From NCBI RefSeq assembly GCF_000026545.1, contig NC_011601.1: a DNA stretch of 64,000 nt, one strand, 5' to 3'. This document shows positions 26,491-38,345 of the stretch, in pieces (the stretch's first letter is position 1; each line of letters begins with the position of its first letter). The translations under genes were made by a program, and so were the position numbers. The DNA comes from Escherichia coli O127:H6 str. E2348/69. GTDB lineage: Bacteria; Pseudomonadota; Gammaproteobacteria; Enterobacterales; Enterobacteriaceae. The notes below the pieces were generated by a model. That model worked only from the letters and a program-made list of their open reading frames with translations, made no database searches and was not told where the DNA came from.

Positions 26491-27384
26491 TCACCCGCGC
26501 TCTTGCATCAACTGCTGGGCCAGCGCCTTCAGTTCTGGCAGATATTTTTCATCTACCGGACCAAACGGTTTGCGGCACAGCGGCACAGAAACGACATCCA
26601 TATAATGCAGGACAGTTTTCAGGCCGCGGAATACACCAGTTTTTATCAGTAAATCAATGACTTTATTGCACTCAGTTTGCAGTTTCTGCGCGGTCTGGAT
26701 ATCGCCTTCTTTCAGCGCCTTCACGATCCCCTGATAACGCCAGCCCATGATGTTGTAAGTGCTGCCGATACCGCCGTCTGCGCCCGCCAGAAGACCAGAG
26801 GCGAAAATTTCGTCGTAACCGTTATAGAGCACCAGATCAGGATGTTCACGACGGATCTGCTCCATCTGATAGAGATCGCCAGAGGTCTGTTTCAGCGCAC
26901 CTACACCAGGCAGCGTAACCAGGGTGTTGATCTGATCCAGGGTCAGTTTTACCCCGCTCAGGGCTGGAATGTTGTACACCACCATCGGCAACCCATCCGC
27001 CGAATCAATAATTGCCCGATAGTGATCGCAGTGTTCTTCAAAGCTGAAAGGATAGTAGAACGGCGTGACGGCGGAGACGGCATCGAAGCCATAACGTTTA
27101 GCCGATGCCGCAAGTTGTTGGCTTTCGGCGGTGCTGACGCAACCGACGTGGGCGATGAGTTTAATCTTACCTTTCGCCTCTTCAGCGACGATTTCCAGTA
27201 CCTGTTCACGCTCTGAAAGGCTCTGTACAAAGGCTTCGCCTGTCGAACCCCCCACGTACAAACCGTCGATGCCCTGCTGAATATTGAACTGAACCAGGCG
27301 GCGCAGACTCGCTTTATCCAGTGCTTGTTGTTGGTCAAAAGGAGTCAGGAGTGCAGCCATTACGCCACGTAAATTCGTTGCCAT
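26491..27384 (-). CDS. nanA: NanA, N-acetylneuraminate lyase
   Basis: 297 aa, DHDPS/NAL family ([16 protein letters not shown]). Confidence 0.96.
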
Positions 27385-27419
27385 AAATACCTCTGAAGTG
27401 ATGCTTGTCTGATAAACGA

Positions 27420-27442
27420 TATACCTTTATACCTGTTATACC
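27420..27442 (-). promoter_or_regulatory. NanR operator: three tandem GGTATA repeats upstream of nanA
   Basis: Plus strand TATACC TT TATACC TGT TATACC = minus strand GGTATA ACA GGTATA AA GGTATA, 36-58 bp upstream of the nanA ATG. Confidence 0.75.
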
Positions 27443-27505
27443 AGATCAATTAAGCAACACCCCATACAGAAAGCTTATAATGCGATCTGCTTCACTAAAG
27501 TGGCA

Positions 27506-28297
27506 TTATTTCTTTTTGTTGGTGGTCTGACCGAAGGCGTGCCAGGTAGCAGAGACGCTGTTGAGATGCGATTGCAACGCGCGATCGGCTTCGTCAGGAT
27601 CATGACGGCGGATCGCGTCAACGATCGCAATATGCTGTTGATAGCTAACGTTGTTATGCTCATGCAGAGCCTGATCAGCCACGGTTGGACGTGCGGCGAT
27701 TAGCCAGTCGAGCAGGGCAACGTGGATCGCCATGAAGATTGGGTTACCAGGGATCTCCGCCAGAACGCGGTGGAAATCAACGTCTGAGCGAATGAATGCC
27801 GCGTTGTTATCCAGCGACTGACTGTTGATTTCCAGTGCTTTTGCCAGCAAATCGATTTGCTCATTGGTGGCGTGTTCAGCCGCATAGCGCACCAGGCTGG
27901 ATTCAAAGAACAGACGTAATTGTTCGAAATGGGCAATCCCACCAGGATGAGAAAGGAAATCTTTCGCCATGCCGGAAAGCTCGCCGATGATGGTGTCCGC
28001 AGAAGGACGTGAGACGCGAGCGCGTTCGCCGTTGTTTATCTGCACCAGACCTTTGCGTTTTAACGCTGCCAGCGCTTCGCGCACCGAAGGACGCCCGACG
28101 TTAAAGAACGCCATCAGTTCGCGTTCAGACGGTAATTGTTCACCTTCGCCAAATTCACGACGGCGGATCATCTGTTCCAGCTCTTCTTCCACCATTTCGG
28201 AGAGTTTTTTACGCGCCAGCGGGCGGCTACGCAAGTTGCGACCAATTGCAGGTGAAGAATCTTCGGTTTGCGAATCAAATGCGTTCATAGGACTCAT
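27506..28297 (-). CDS. nanR: NanR, GntR/FadR-family repressor of sialic acid catabolism
   Basis: 263 aa, N-terminal HTH, C-terminal FCD domain. Confidence 0.95.
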   Translation of the reverse strand: MSPMNAFDSQTEDSSPAIGRNLRSRPLARKKLSEMVEEELEQMIRRREFGEGEQLPSERELMAFFNVGRPSVREALAALKRKGLVQINNGERARVSRPSADTIIGELSGMAKDFLSHPGGIAHFEQLRLFFESSLVRYAAEHATNEQIDLLAKALEINSQSLDNNAAFIRSDVDFHRVLAEIPGNPIFMAIHVALLDWLIAARPTVADQALHEHNNVSYQQHIAIVDAIRRHDPDEADRALQSHLNSVSATWHAFGQTTNKKK

Positions 28298-28375
28298 TCA
28301 GGAAAATGCGTTAGCGAATAATAACGACGCTATCGTAGCACAGTATCAAAGTCAGGCGAAAAGATGACAGATAGC

Positions 28376-28400
28376 AAAACAGGCCACATGGGCCTGTTTT
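28376..28400 (-). terminator. Rho-independent terminator of sspB
   Basis: Perfect stem AAAACAGGCC / GGCCTGTTTT immediately 3' of the sspB stop, with A/T runs on both sides. Confidence 0.7.
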
Positions 28401-28404
28401 CATT

Positions 28405-28902
28405 TTACTTCACAACGCGTAATGCTGGTCGACCACCGCGTGGTGGCTGCGGTGGTTCATCGTCAGGATGAGTGTCATCATCGTGATCTGGCTTGTCGCC
28501 ATCGATAACCGACATAACGGTTTCGTTGTCTGCCGATGCCTCTTCATCATTCATGATGCTGGCATCTTCATCGTAGGCAGCTTCAGGCTCAAACATCGTG
28601 CCTGCGCCATTTTCACGGGCGTAGATAGCCAGCACGGCAGCCAGCGGCACAGAAACCTGACGCGGAATGCCACCAAAGCGCGCGTTAAAGCGCACCTCAT
28701 CATTCGCCAGTTCCAGATTGCCGACAGCACGCGGCGCAATGTTGAGTACGATTTGCCCGTCACGCGCATATTCCATAGGAACCTGCACGCCAGGGAGCGT
28801 CACATCCACCACCAGGTGCGGCGTGAGCTGGTTATCCAGCAACCACTCATAGAATGCACGCAGCAGATAGGGACGACGTGGTGTTAGCTGTGACAAATCC
28901 AT
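28405..28902 (-). CDS. sspB: SspB, ClpXP adaptor / stringent starvation protein B
   Basis: 165 aa, acidic linker and C-terminal ClpX-binding tail RGGRPALRVVK. Confidence 0.96.
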   Translation of the reverse strand: MDLSQLTPRRPYLLRAFYEWLLDNQLTPHLVVDVTLPGVQVPMEYARDGQIVLNIAPRAVGNLELANDEVRFNARFGGIPRQVSVPLAAVLAIYARENGAGTMFEPEAAYDEDASIMNDEEASADNETVMSVIDGDKPDHDDDTHPDDEPPQPPRGGRPALRVVK

Positions 28903-28907
28903 ACAGA

Positions 28908-29546
28908 TTAACTCCGGCCCAGACGCATTTCACGTTCTGCTTCAGTTAAAGAAGCAAGGAAAGAGTCACGTTCAAAGACGCGGGTCATATAGCCTTTCAG
29001 CTCTTTCGCACCCGGGCCGCTGAACTCGATGCCCAGTTGCGGCAGACGCCACAGCAGAGGAGCAAGGTAGCAATCGACCAGGCTGAACTCATCGCTCAGG
29101 AAGTACGGCTTCTGACCGAAGACCGGCGCAATCGCCAGCAGTTCTTCGCGCAGTTGCTTACGTGCGGCATCTGCTTCAGAAGCTGAACCGTTGATGATGG
29201 TGTTCATCAGCGTGTACCAGTCTTTTTCGATGCGATGCATGTACAGACGGCTTTCACCGCGAGCTACCGGGTAAACAGGCATCAGTGGCGGATGCGGGAA
29301 ACGCTCATCCAGATATTCCATAATGATGCGAGATTCCCACAGGGTCAGCTCACGATCCACCAGGGTCGGAACGCTCTGATTCGGGTTGAGGTCAATCAGA
29401 TCCTGAGGCGGATTGTCCTTTTCCACGTGTTCGATCTCGAAACTTACACCTTTCTCAGCCAGCACAATGCGGACCTGATGGCTATAGATGTCAGTAGGAC
29501 CGGAAAACAGCGTCATTACCGAACGTTTGTTGGCAGCGACAGCCAT
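28908..29546 (-). CDS. sspA: SspA, stringent starvation protein A (GST-like)
   Basis: 212 aa, GST fold. Confidence 0.96.
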   Translation of the reverse strand: MAVAANKRSVMTLFSGPTDIYSHQVRIVLAEKGVSFEIEHVEKDNPPQDLIDLNPNQSVPTLVDRELTLWESRIIMEYLDERFPHPPLMPVYPVARGESRLYMHRIEKDWYTLMNTIINGSASEADAARKQLREELLAIAPVFGQKPYFLSDEFSLVDCYLAPLLWRLPQLGIEFSGPGAKELKGYMTRVFERDSFLASLTEAEREMRLGRS

Positions 29547-29881
29547 GAAAACCTCCAGGTATAGTCAGAATTTTTACTGCTACCAGCCACCAGGTGGCCA
29601 GTCAGAAGTTGTGTTACCCAGTAAGGAACGACTCTCTTTGTTCGAAAATCAAACAAAAAATGAGCAATACCCGACATTTGGGCAGAAAATTGGATGATAG
29701 TTTACCAGATTTTGCGACCTTTGTGGTGAGTCGATGCCGGAAATGGGGAAAAAGAGATGCGCTTTAGTCTGAAATAGTTGACTTAGTCCCTTATTGGCGA
29801 TGTGGTTTTTGTTTTACCTGTCTGTCAGGTGGCAGCAAAAAGCAACTTTCCATTTTTTACGCTGATGCAGATTTTAGCCAT

Positions 29882-29908
29882 AAAAAAACCCGCCGAAGCG
29901 GGTTTTTT
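29882..29908 (-). terminator. Rho-independent terminator downstream of rpsI
   Basis: AAAAAAACCCGC-CGAA-GCGGGTTTTTT hairpin with flanking A/T runs. Confidence 0.75.
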
Positions 29909-29940
29909 CGCAAATTGTTTTCTGCCGGAGCAGAAGCCAA

Positions 29941-30336
<396 letters not shown>

Positions 30337-30348
30337 CTATAATCCCGA

Positions 30349-30864
<516 letters not shown>

Positions 30865-30996
30865 CTACCCCTTCGAATAGCCTATGCCAGCACACAAAAA
30901 GTTTCGGGAAAAAAAACTTTCTTGTAACGTGGGGTCGCAGGATTATAGAGAAGTCGGGGTCAAAGATCGACCCCTTTTTGTGATTTGTGGCAGGTT

Positions 30997-32124
30997 TTAC
31001 CCCGCCAAATGCTCGCGCTTCAAATACTCTTCGCTTTGCATCTCTTGCAGACGTGACAGGCAACGCTGGAACTCAAACTTCAGCCGCTCGCCCTGATAAA
31101 TTTCATACAGCGGCACTTCTGCACTCACCACTAATTTGACATGGCGCTCGTAAAACTCATCCACCAGCGCAATAAAGCGCCGCGCTTCGCTCTCCATCAA
31201 CCGCGTCATGACCGGCACATCAAACAACATCACTGTGTGAAACAGACGTGAGAGCGCAATATAGTCATGCTGACTGCGGGCATCAACGCACAAGGTAGTA
31301 AAAGAGACTGCCAGCGTCTGGTTCTCGACGCCCATTGTCGCCAACGGCCGATGGTTAATTTCTAACGTCGGTGAATTTTCTCGTTTCGCCCCCGCCAGCG
31401 CCAACCATAGTTTATCCATTTGCGTCCGGGTTTCATCGTTGAGTGGCGAAAGCCACAGATGCGCCTGAGTGAGTGTACGCAGTCGATAATCAACACCAGC
31501 GTCCACGTTCATTACATCACAATGCTGTTTAATGGCATCGATTGCAGGCAAAAAACGCGCACGTTGCAGGCCATTTCGATAAAGTTCGTCCGGCGGAATA
31601 TTTGACGTCGCTACCAGGGTAATACCACGGGCGAACAGGGCTTTCATCAGACCGCCAAGTAGCATGGCATCGGTAATATCAGAAACAAAAAATTCGTCAA
31701 AACAGAGCACGTCAGTTTCTGCTTTAAAGCGATCGGCAATAATTTCCAGCGGATCGCTTTGGCCTTGTAATTCGGTCAGCTCATCGTGCACCCGCAGCAT
31801 AAAACGGTGAAAGTGCAGGCGCTGTTTCCGCTCTCCCGGCAGACTTTGATAGAAAAGGTCCATCAGCCAGGTTTTCCCGCGTCCCACACCGCCCCACATA
31901 TATAAGCCACGCACTGGCATATGCTTTGTGTCTTCGCGTTTACCCCACAGCTTACCGACCCGCGCCATTAGCCCACTCGTCCTGGGGGCTGGTGGCGTGC
32001 TATTGACGAGTTCCTGATAAATAATGTCCAGGCGGCTGACGGCCTCTTTTTGAACGTCGTCGGGTTGATGGCTGCCTTCATTGAGCGCCTTCAGGTATTG
32101 CGATGTTGGGGTAACGCTTTGCAT
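30997..32124 (-). CDS. zapE: ZapE (YhcM), cell division AAA-type ATPase
   Basis: ORF 30997..32196; start at ATG 32122-32124 (MQSVTPTSQYLKAL), 375 aa, Walker A GGVGRGKT. Confidence 0.9.
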   Translation of the reverse strand: MQSVTPTSQYLKALNEGSHQPDDVQKEAVSRLDIIYQELVNSTPPAPRTSGLMARVGKLWGKREDTKHMPVRGLYMWGGVGRGKTWLMDLFYQSLPGERKQRLHFHRFMLRVHDELTELQGQSDPLEIIADRFKAETDVLCFDEFFVSDITDAMLLGGLMKALFARGITLVATSNIPPDELYRNGLQRARFLPAIDAIKQHCDVMNVDAGVDYRLRTLTQAHLWLSPLNDETRTQMDKLWLALAGAKRENSPTLEINHRPLATMGVENQTLAVSFTTLCVDARSQHDYIALSRLFHTVMLFDVPVMTRLMESEARRFIALVDEFYERHVKLVVSAEVPLYEIYQGERLKFEFQRCLSRLQEMQSEEYLKREHLAG

Positions 32125-32317
32125 GATCTTATTGTTATTCCTTGAATAATCGGTGCGCCGTTGTTCACGGTTGACGAAAAAAAGGCCGTTCCACACTACG
32201 CGATATGCTGTCGGGATTCCACTTCTGTGGAATTAACGGTTATAGTGGCATAATCAGCCGCAGGCATGGAGCCTGAAGCCAACACCCTACGGAAACAAAA
32301 GACAACGGGAGATGTTC

Positions 32318-32716
32318 ATGACCTGGGAATATGCGCTAATTGGGTTAGTCGTCGGCATCATTATTGGTGCTGTGGCCATGCGTTTTGGTAATCGTAAACT
32401 ACGCCAGCAACAGGCGTTGCAGTACGAACTGGAAAAGAATAAAGCTGAACTGGACGAGTATCGCGAAGAGCTGGTTAGCCACTTTGCCCGCAGCGCGGAA
32501 TTACTGGATACCATGGCGCACGACTATCGCCAGCTGTATCAGCACATGGCGAAAAGCTCCAGTAGCCTGCTGCCGGAACTGTCTGCGGAAGCAAACCCGT
32601 TCCGTAATCGTCTGGCAGAGTCTGAAGCCAGCAACGATCAGGCACCGGTGCAGATGCCTCGCGACTATTCTGAAGGCGCATCCGGCCTGCTGCGTACTGG
32701 CGCGAAGCGCGACTAA
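32318..32716 (+). CDS. zapG: ZapG (YhcB), inner-membrane protein
   Basis: ORF 32312..32716; start at ATG 32318 (MTWEYALIGLVVGIIIGAVAM TM helix), 132 aa. Confidence 0.88.
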   Translation: MTWEYALIGLVVGIIIGAVAMRFGNRKLRQQQALQYELEKNKAELDEYREELVSHFARSAELLDTMAHDYRQLYQHMAKSSSSLLPELSAEANPFRNRLAESEASNDQAPVQMPRDYSEGASGLLRTGAKRD

Positions 32717-32869
32717 TTTATTTTTCGGGCGCAGCCATTGCGCCCTCCTCTTCTCTCCCTCCCCGACTATCATTTAATCTGGTGTCTCATTGTTAGCCGT
32801 CTGAAAATTCAATAACATCAAACTGTTTTGAATCTCTTTTCTTATCATTCAGGTACGAGAGCAGGAATA

Positions 32870-34237
32870 ATGAAAAAACAAACCCAGCTGTTGAGTGCAT
32901 TAGCGTTAAGTGTCGGGTTAACTCTCTCGGCGTCATTTCAGGCCGTCGCGTCGATTCCAGGCCAGGTTGCCGCTCAGGCCCCCCTCCCCAGTCTGGCTCC
33001 AATGCTGGAAAAAGTGCTTCCGGCAGTGGTGAGCGTACGGGTGGAAGGAACGGCCAGTCAGGGACAGAAAATCCCGGAAGAATTCAAAAAGTTTTTTGGT
33101 GATGATTTACCGGATCAACCTGCACAACCCTTCGAAGGTTTAGGCTCCGGTGTCATCATCAACGCCAATAAAGGCTATGTGCTGACCAACAACCATGTGA
33201 TTAATCAGGCACAGAAAATCAGTATTCAGCTCAATGATGGGCGCGAGTTTGATGCAAAACTGATTGGTAGCGATGACCAGAGCGATATCGCCCTGTTGCA
33301 AATTCAAAACCCGAGCAAATTAACGCAAATCGCTATTGCCGACTCCGATAAATTGCGCGTCGGTGATTTTGCCGTGGCGGTCGGTAACCCATTTGGCCTT
33401 GGGCAAACCGCCACCTCTGGCATTATATCCGCATTAGGCCGCAGCGGGTTGAATCTTGAAGGTCTGGAAAACTTTATCCAGACAGATGCTTCCATTAACC
33501 GCGGTAACTCCGGCGGTGCACTGTTAAACCTTAACGGTGAGTTAATTGGCATCAACACTGCAATCCTTGCGCCTGGCGGCGGTAGCGTCGGGATTGGATT
33601 TGCCATTCCCAGTAATATGGCGCGAACACTGGCGCAGCAGCTTATCGACTTTGGAGAAATCAAACGCGGCCTGTTAGGCATCAAAGGCACCGAGATGAGT
33701 GCCGATATCGCCAAGGCCTTCAACCTTGACGTGCAGCGTGGCGCGTTTGTCAGCGAAGTGTTGCCAGGTTCTGGCTCGGCGAAAGCGGGCGTCAAAGCGG
33801 GCGATATTATTACCAGCCTCAACGGCAAACCGCTGAATAGCTTTGCTGAGTTGCGCTCTCGTATCGCGACCACCGAGCCGGGCACGAAAGTGAAGCTTGG
33901 CCTGCTGCGTAACGGCAAACCACTGGAAGTAGAAGTGACGCTCGATACCAGCACCTCTTCGTCGGCCAGCGCTGAAATGATCACGCCAGCGCTGGAAGGT
34001 GCAACGTTGAGCGATGGTCAGCTAAAAGATGGTGGCAAAGGTATTAAGATCGATGAGGTTGTCAAAGGAAGCCCAGCTGCTCAGGCTGGCTTGCAAAAAG
34101 ACGATGTGATCATTGGCGTCAACCGCGATCGGGTGAACTCGATTGCTGAAATGCGTAAAGTGCTGGCGGCAAAACCGGCCATAATCGCCTTGCAAATCAT
34201 ACGCGGCAATGAAAGCCTCTACCTACTAATGCGTTAA
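32870..34237 (+). CDS. degQ: DegQ, periplasmic serine endoprotease (HtrA family, two PDZ)
   Basis: ORF 32828..34237; start at ATG 32870 (MKKQTQLLSALALSVGL signal peptide), 455 aa; GNSGGAL catalytic Ser motif. Confidence 0.93.
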   Translation: MKKQTQLLSALALSVGLTLSASFQAVASIPGQVAAQAPLPSLAPMLEKVLPAVVSVRVEGTASQGQKIPEEFKKFFGDDLPDQPAQPFEGLGSGVIINANKGYVLTNNHVINQAQKISIQLNDGREFDAKLIGSDDQSDIALLQIQNPSKLTQIAIADSDKLRVGDFAVAVGNPFGLGQTATSGIISALGRSGLNLEGLENFIQTDASINRGNSGGALLNLNGELIGINTAILAPGGGSVGIGFAIPSNMARTLAQQLIDFGEIKRGLLGIKGTEMSADIAKAFNLDVQRGAFVSEVLPGSGSAKAGVKAGDIITSLNGKPLNSFAELRSRIATTEPGTKVKLGLLRNGKPLEVEVTLDTSTSSSASAEMITPALEGATLSDGQLKDGGKGIKIDEVVKGSPAAQAGLQKDDVIIGVNRDRVNSIAEMRKVLAAKPAIIALQIIRGNESLYLLMR

Positions 34238-34244
34238 TGTCGTA

Positions 34245-34278
34245 AACCGGGCATCAGGCTGACGTGTGATGTCCGGTT
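34245..34278 (+). terminator. Imperfect hairpin downstream of degQ (possible terminator or attenuator before degS)
   Basis: AACCGGGCATCA ... TGATGTCCGGTT inverted repeat with one mismatch; T-run follows at about 34305. Confidence 0.4.
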
Positions 34279-34326
34279 AACTCGTGGTATGCTGCTGCCG
34301 TTCCCTTTTTTAACGATGCCTCCATC

Positions 34327-35394
34327 ATGTTTGTGAAGCTCTTACGTTCCGTTGCGATTGGATTAATTGTCGGCGCTATTCTGCTGGTTGCCATGCCTTC
34401 GCTGCGCAGCCTTAACCCGCTTTCCACTCCGCAATTTGACAGTACCGATGAGACGCCTGCCAGCTATAATCTGGCGGTTCGCCGCGCCGCGCCAGCGGTG
34501 GTTAACGTTTATAACCGCGGTTTGAACACCAACTCTCACAACCAGCTTGAGATCCGCACCCTGGGATCTGGTGTAATCATGGATCAACGCGGGTATATCA
34601 TCACCAATAAACACGTGATCAACGACGCCGATCAGATCATCGTCGCCTTACAGGATGGACGTGTTTTTGAAGCGTTACTGGTTGGCTCTGACTCTCTAAC
34701 CGATCTGGCGGTGCTGAAAATTAACGCCACAGGCGGTTTACCAACGATTCCGATCAATCCACGCCGCGTACCGCACATTGGCGATGTGGTTCTGGCGATC
34801 GGTAACCCGTACAACCTCGGGCAGACCATTACCCAGGGGATTATCAGTGCCACGGGTCGAATCGGTCTGAACCCGACCGGGCGGCAAAACTTCCTGCAAA
34901 CCGATGCTTCCATTAACCACGGTAACTCTGGCGGCGCGCTGGTGAACTCGCTGGGCGAACTGATGGGCATTAACACGCTGTCGTTTGATAAGAGTAACGA
35001 TGGCGAAACGCCGGAAGGTATCGGCTTTGCGATTCCTTTCCAGTTAGCGACCAAAATTATGGATAAACTGATCCGTGATGGCCGTGTGATCCGTGGCTAC
35101 ATTGGCATTGGTGGACGAGAGATCGCCCCATTACATGCGCAGAGTGGCGGCATGGATCAACTGCAAGGGATCGTGGTTAACGAAGTGTCGCCTGATGGCC
35201 CAGCGGCAAATGCAGGCATCCAGGTCAACGATCTGATTATCTCTGTGAATAACAAACCCGCTATTTCCGCCCTGGAGACAATGGATCAGGTCGCGGAAAT
35301 TCGCCCTGGTTCGGTGATCCCGGTTGTCGTGATGCGTGACGATAAACAGTTAACATTGCAGGTCACCATTCAGGAATATCCGGCGACCAACTAA
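34327..35394 (+). CDS. degS: DegS, RseA site-1 protease (HtrA family, one PDZ)
   Basis: 355 aa, N-terminal TM anchor, GNSGGAL motif. Confidence 0.96.
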   Translation: MFVKLLRSVAIGLIVGAILLVAMPSLRSLNPLSTPQFDSTDETPASYNLAVRRAAPAVVNVYNRGLNTNSHNQLEIRTLGSGVIMDQRGYIITNKHVINDADQIIVALQDGRVFEALLVGSDSLTDLAVLKINATGGLPTIPINPRRVPHIGDVVLAIGNPYNLGQTITQGIISATGRIGLNPTGRQNFLQTDASINHGNSGGALVNSLGELMGINTLSFDKSNDGETPEGIGFAIPFQLATKIMDKLIRDGRVIRGYIGIGGREIAPLHAQSGGMDQLQGIVVNEVSPDGPAANAGIQVNDLIISVNNKPAISALETMDQVAEIRPGSVIPVVVMRDDKQLTLQVTIQEYPATN

Positions 35395-35411
35395 GGTCAG
35401 CGTAAAAAAAC

Positions 35412-35440
35412 AAAAACCGGAGTCTGTGCTCCGGTTTTTT
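35412..35440. terminator. Bidirectional terminator between convergent degS and mdh
   Basis: AAAAACCGGAG-TCTGTG-CTCCGGTTTTTT hairpin flanked by A-run and T-run. Confidence 0.75.
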
Positions 35441-35456
35441 ATTATCCGCTAATCAA

Positions 35457-36470
<1,014 letters not shown>

Positions 36471-36767
36471 TTACAATGACCACATCTCAAGAATGTGTAG
36501 TCACGCAAGTTTAGCGTTTATGCATTTAATTGCCGTAATCAGGAACCTAACTTACGTAATTAACAGTCACTTATGCATTAGCGCAACATTCCAACAGGTG
36601 GTGACAATATACCCTACCGCTCAGCCAAAACAATATCAATTTGATAACAATTAATTTACTTTTAAGCAGAATTTGCAGGCCGTGACGCAGGCATGTTTCT
36701 CAATAACGAAATTTGATAAAATCCCGCTCTTTCATAACATTATTTCAGCCTTCTTCAGGGCTGACTG

Positions 36768-36806
36768 TTTGCATAAAAATTCATCTGTATGCACAATAAT
36801 GTTGTA
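36768..36806 (+). promoter_or_regulatory. Probable ARG boxes (ArgR autoregulation) in the argR promoter
   Basis: TTTGCATAAAAATTCATCTGTATGCACAATAATGTT, two adjacent near-palindromic TGCAT-AAAA-ATTCA type half-site pairs 25-60 bp upstream of the argR ATG. Confidence 0.6.
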
Positions 36807-36826
36807 TCAACCACCATATCGGGTGA

Positions 36827-37300
<474 letters not shown>

Positions 37301-37663
37301 TCTCTGCCCCGTCGCTTCTGGCGGCGGGGAAAATGTTGCTTTTGCCTATCAACCCCCTGCTTTCCCCTGCGATTCATTTAACGAATAGTGCGTTTTACTG
37401 CGACATATCATTCACACAATGAATACATATAGTAAAAAAGCACATTATGCAAAATTCATTATCTAATTGAAAATACTATAATTAACAATAAATGATCGTG
37501 TTTTTAATTCTTTTTTGTTATTAAAATTCACATTTTTAACACTTGGTATCAACTGAAACAGTTAGCGTGGTATTAATTAGTTCAATAATTAGTGTATACT
37601 TGATTTTGTGATATGGGTCACGAAACAAAGGCCCAGCTAAAAGATTATGTCGAGGTAAAAATC

Positions 37664-37927
37664 ATGAAAATCAAAACCACTGTTGCTGCATTAAGTGTGC
37701 TTTCTGTTCTCTCTTTCGGTGCATTCGCTGCCGACTCCATTGATGCTGCACAAGCACAAAATCGTGAAGCAATCGGGACCGTATCCGTAAGTGGTGTGGC
37801 GTCTTCGCCAATGGATATGCGTGAAATGCTGAACAAAAAAGCGGAAGAGAAAGGCGCAACGGCCTACCAGATTACTGAAGCTCGTAGTGGTGACACCTGG
37901 CACGCTACGGCTGAACTGTACAAATAA
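37664..37927 (+). CDS. yhcN: YhcN, small secreted stress-induced protein (YdgH/BhsA/McbA-like)
   Basis: ORF 37613..37927; start at ATG 37664 (MKIKTTVAALSVLSVLSFGAFA signal peptide), 87 aa; AT-rich upstream region. Confidence 0.88.
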   Translation: MKIKTTVAALSVLSVLSFGAFAADSIDAAQAQNREAIGTVSVSGVASSPMDMREMLNKKAEEKGATAYQITEARSGDTWHATAELYK

Positions 37928-37954
37928 ACCCTCATCGTCTTGTCCGACGATATT

Positions 37955-37978
37955 GCCCCCGGTTCGGGGGCTTTTTTT
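37955..37978. terminator. Terminator hairpin between convergent yhcN and yhcO
   Basis: GCCCCCGG-TT-CGGGGGC followed by TTTTTTT. Confidence 0.75.
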
Positions 37979-37981
37979 GCG

Positions 37982-38254
37982 CTAATGACGAACATTAAAA
38001 CGCAAATGCCCTTCCAGCTCTTCCTCTGCCTCATCAAACAGCAATATTAACGCGCCAAAACGGCGACGCGTTTTCTCTCCCAGATGAACAAATTCAATCT
38101 CAAGTGGTAGCGGCAGGACATCGTTCATTAACACATCCCATAGTGAGTCGAGATCGCGTACCTTATCTTTCGCCAGACCAAAGGTTTGGCTAAAGTCACG
38201 ATAAAAATCCTCCTGACTCTCAATCTCATCAAAATCAAAGGTATAAATATTCAT
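37982..38254 (-). CDS. yhcO: YhcO, barstar-like small protein
   Basis: 90 aa ORF, acidic, barstar-like. Confidence 0.88.
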   Translation of the reverse strand: MNIYTFDFDEIESQEDFYRDFSQTFGLAKDKVRDLDSLWDVLMNDVLPLPLEIEFVHLGEKTRRRFGALILLFDEAEEELEGHLRFNVRH

Positions 38255-38345
38255 CTGTTGCCACCGTCACGTTTCGCGGCGAGTTCTGCCGTTCATCGCT
38301 AAGTATAGCCATGAAAAAACCGACGCTTCGGGCGTCGGTTTTGAC

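Noticed and set aside
37420-37620. Strongly AT-rich 200-bp tract upstream of yhcN, considered as possible horizontally acquired DNA or an sRNA locus
   Set aside because: Lies directly upstream of a small stress-induced gene and is most simply its curved AT-rich promoter region; no terminator-bounded transcript unit is evident.
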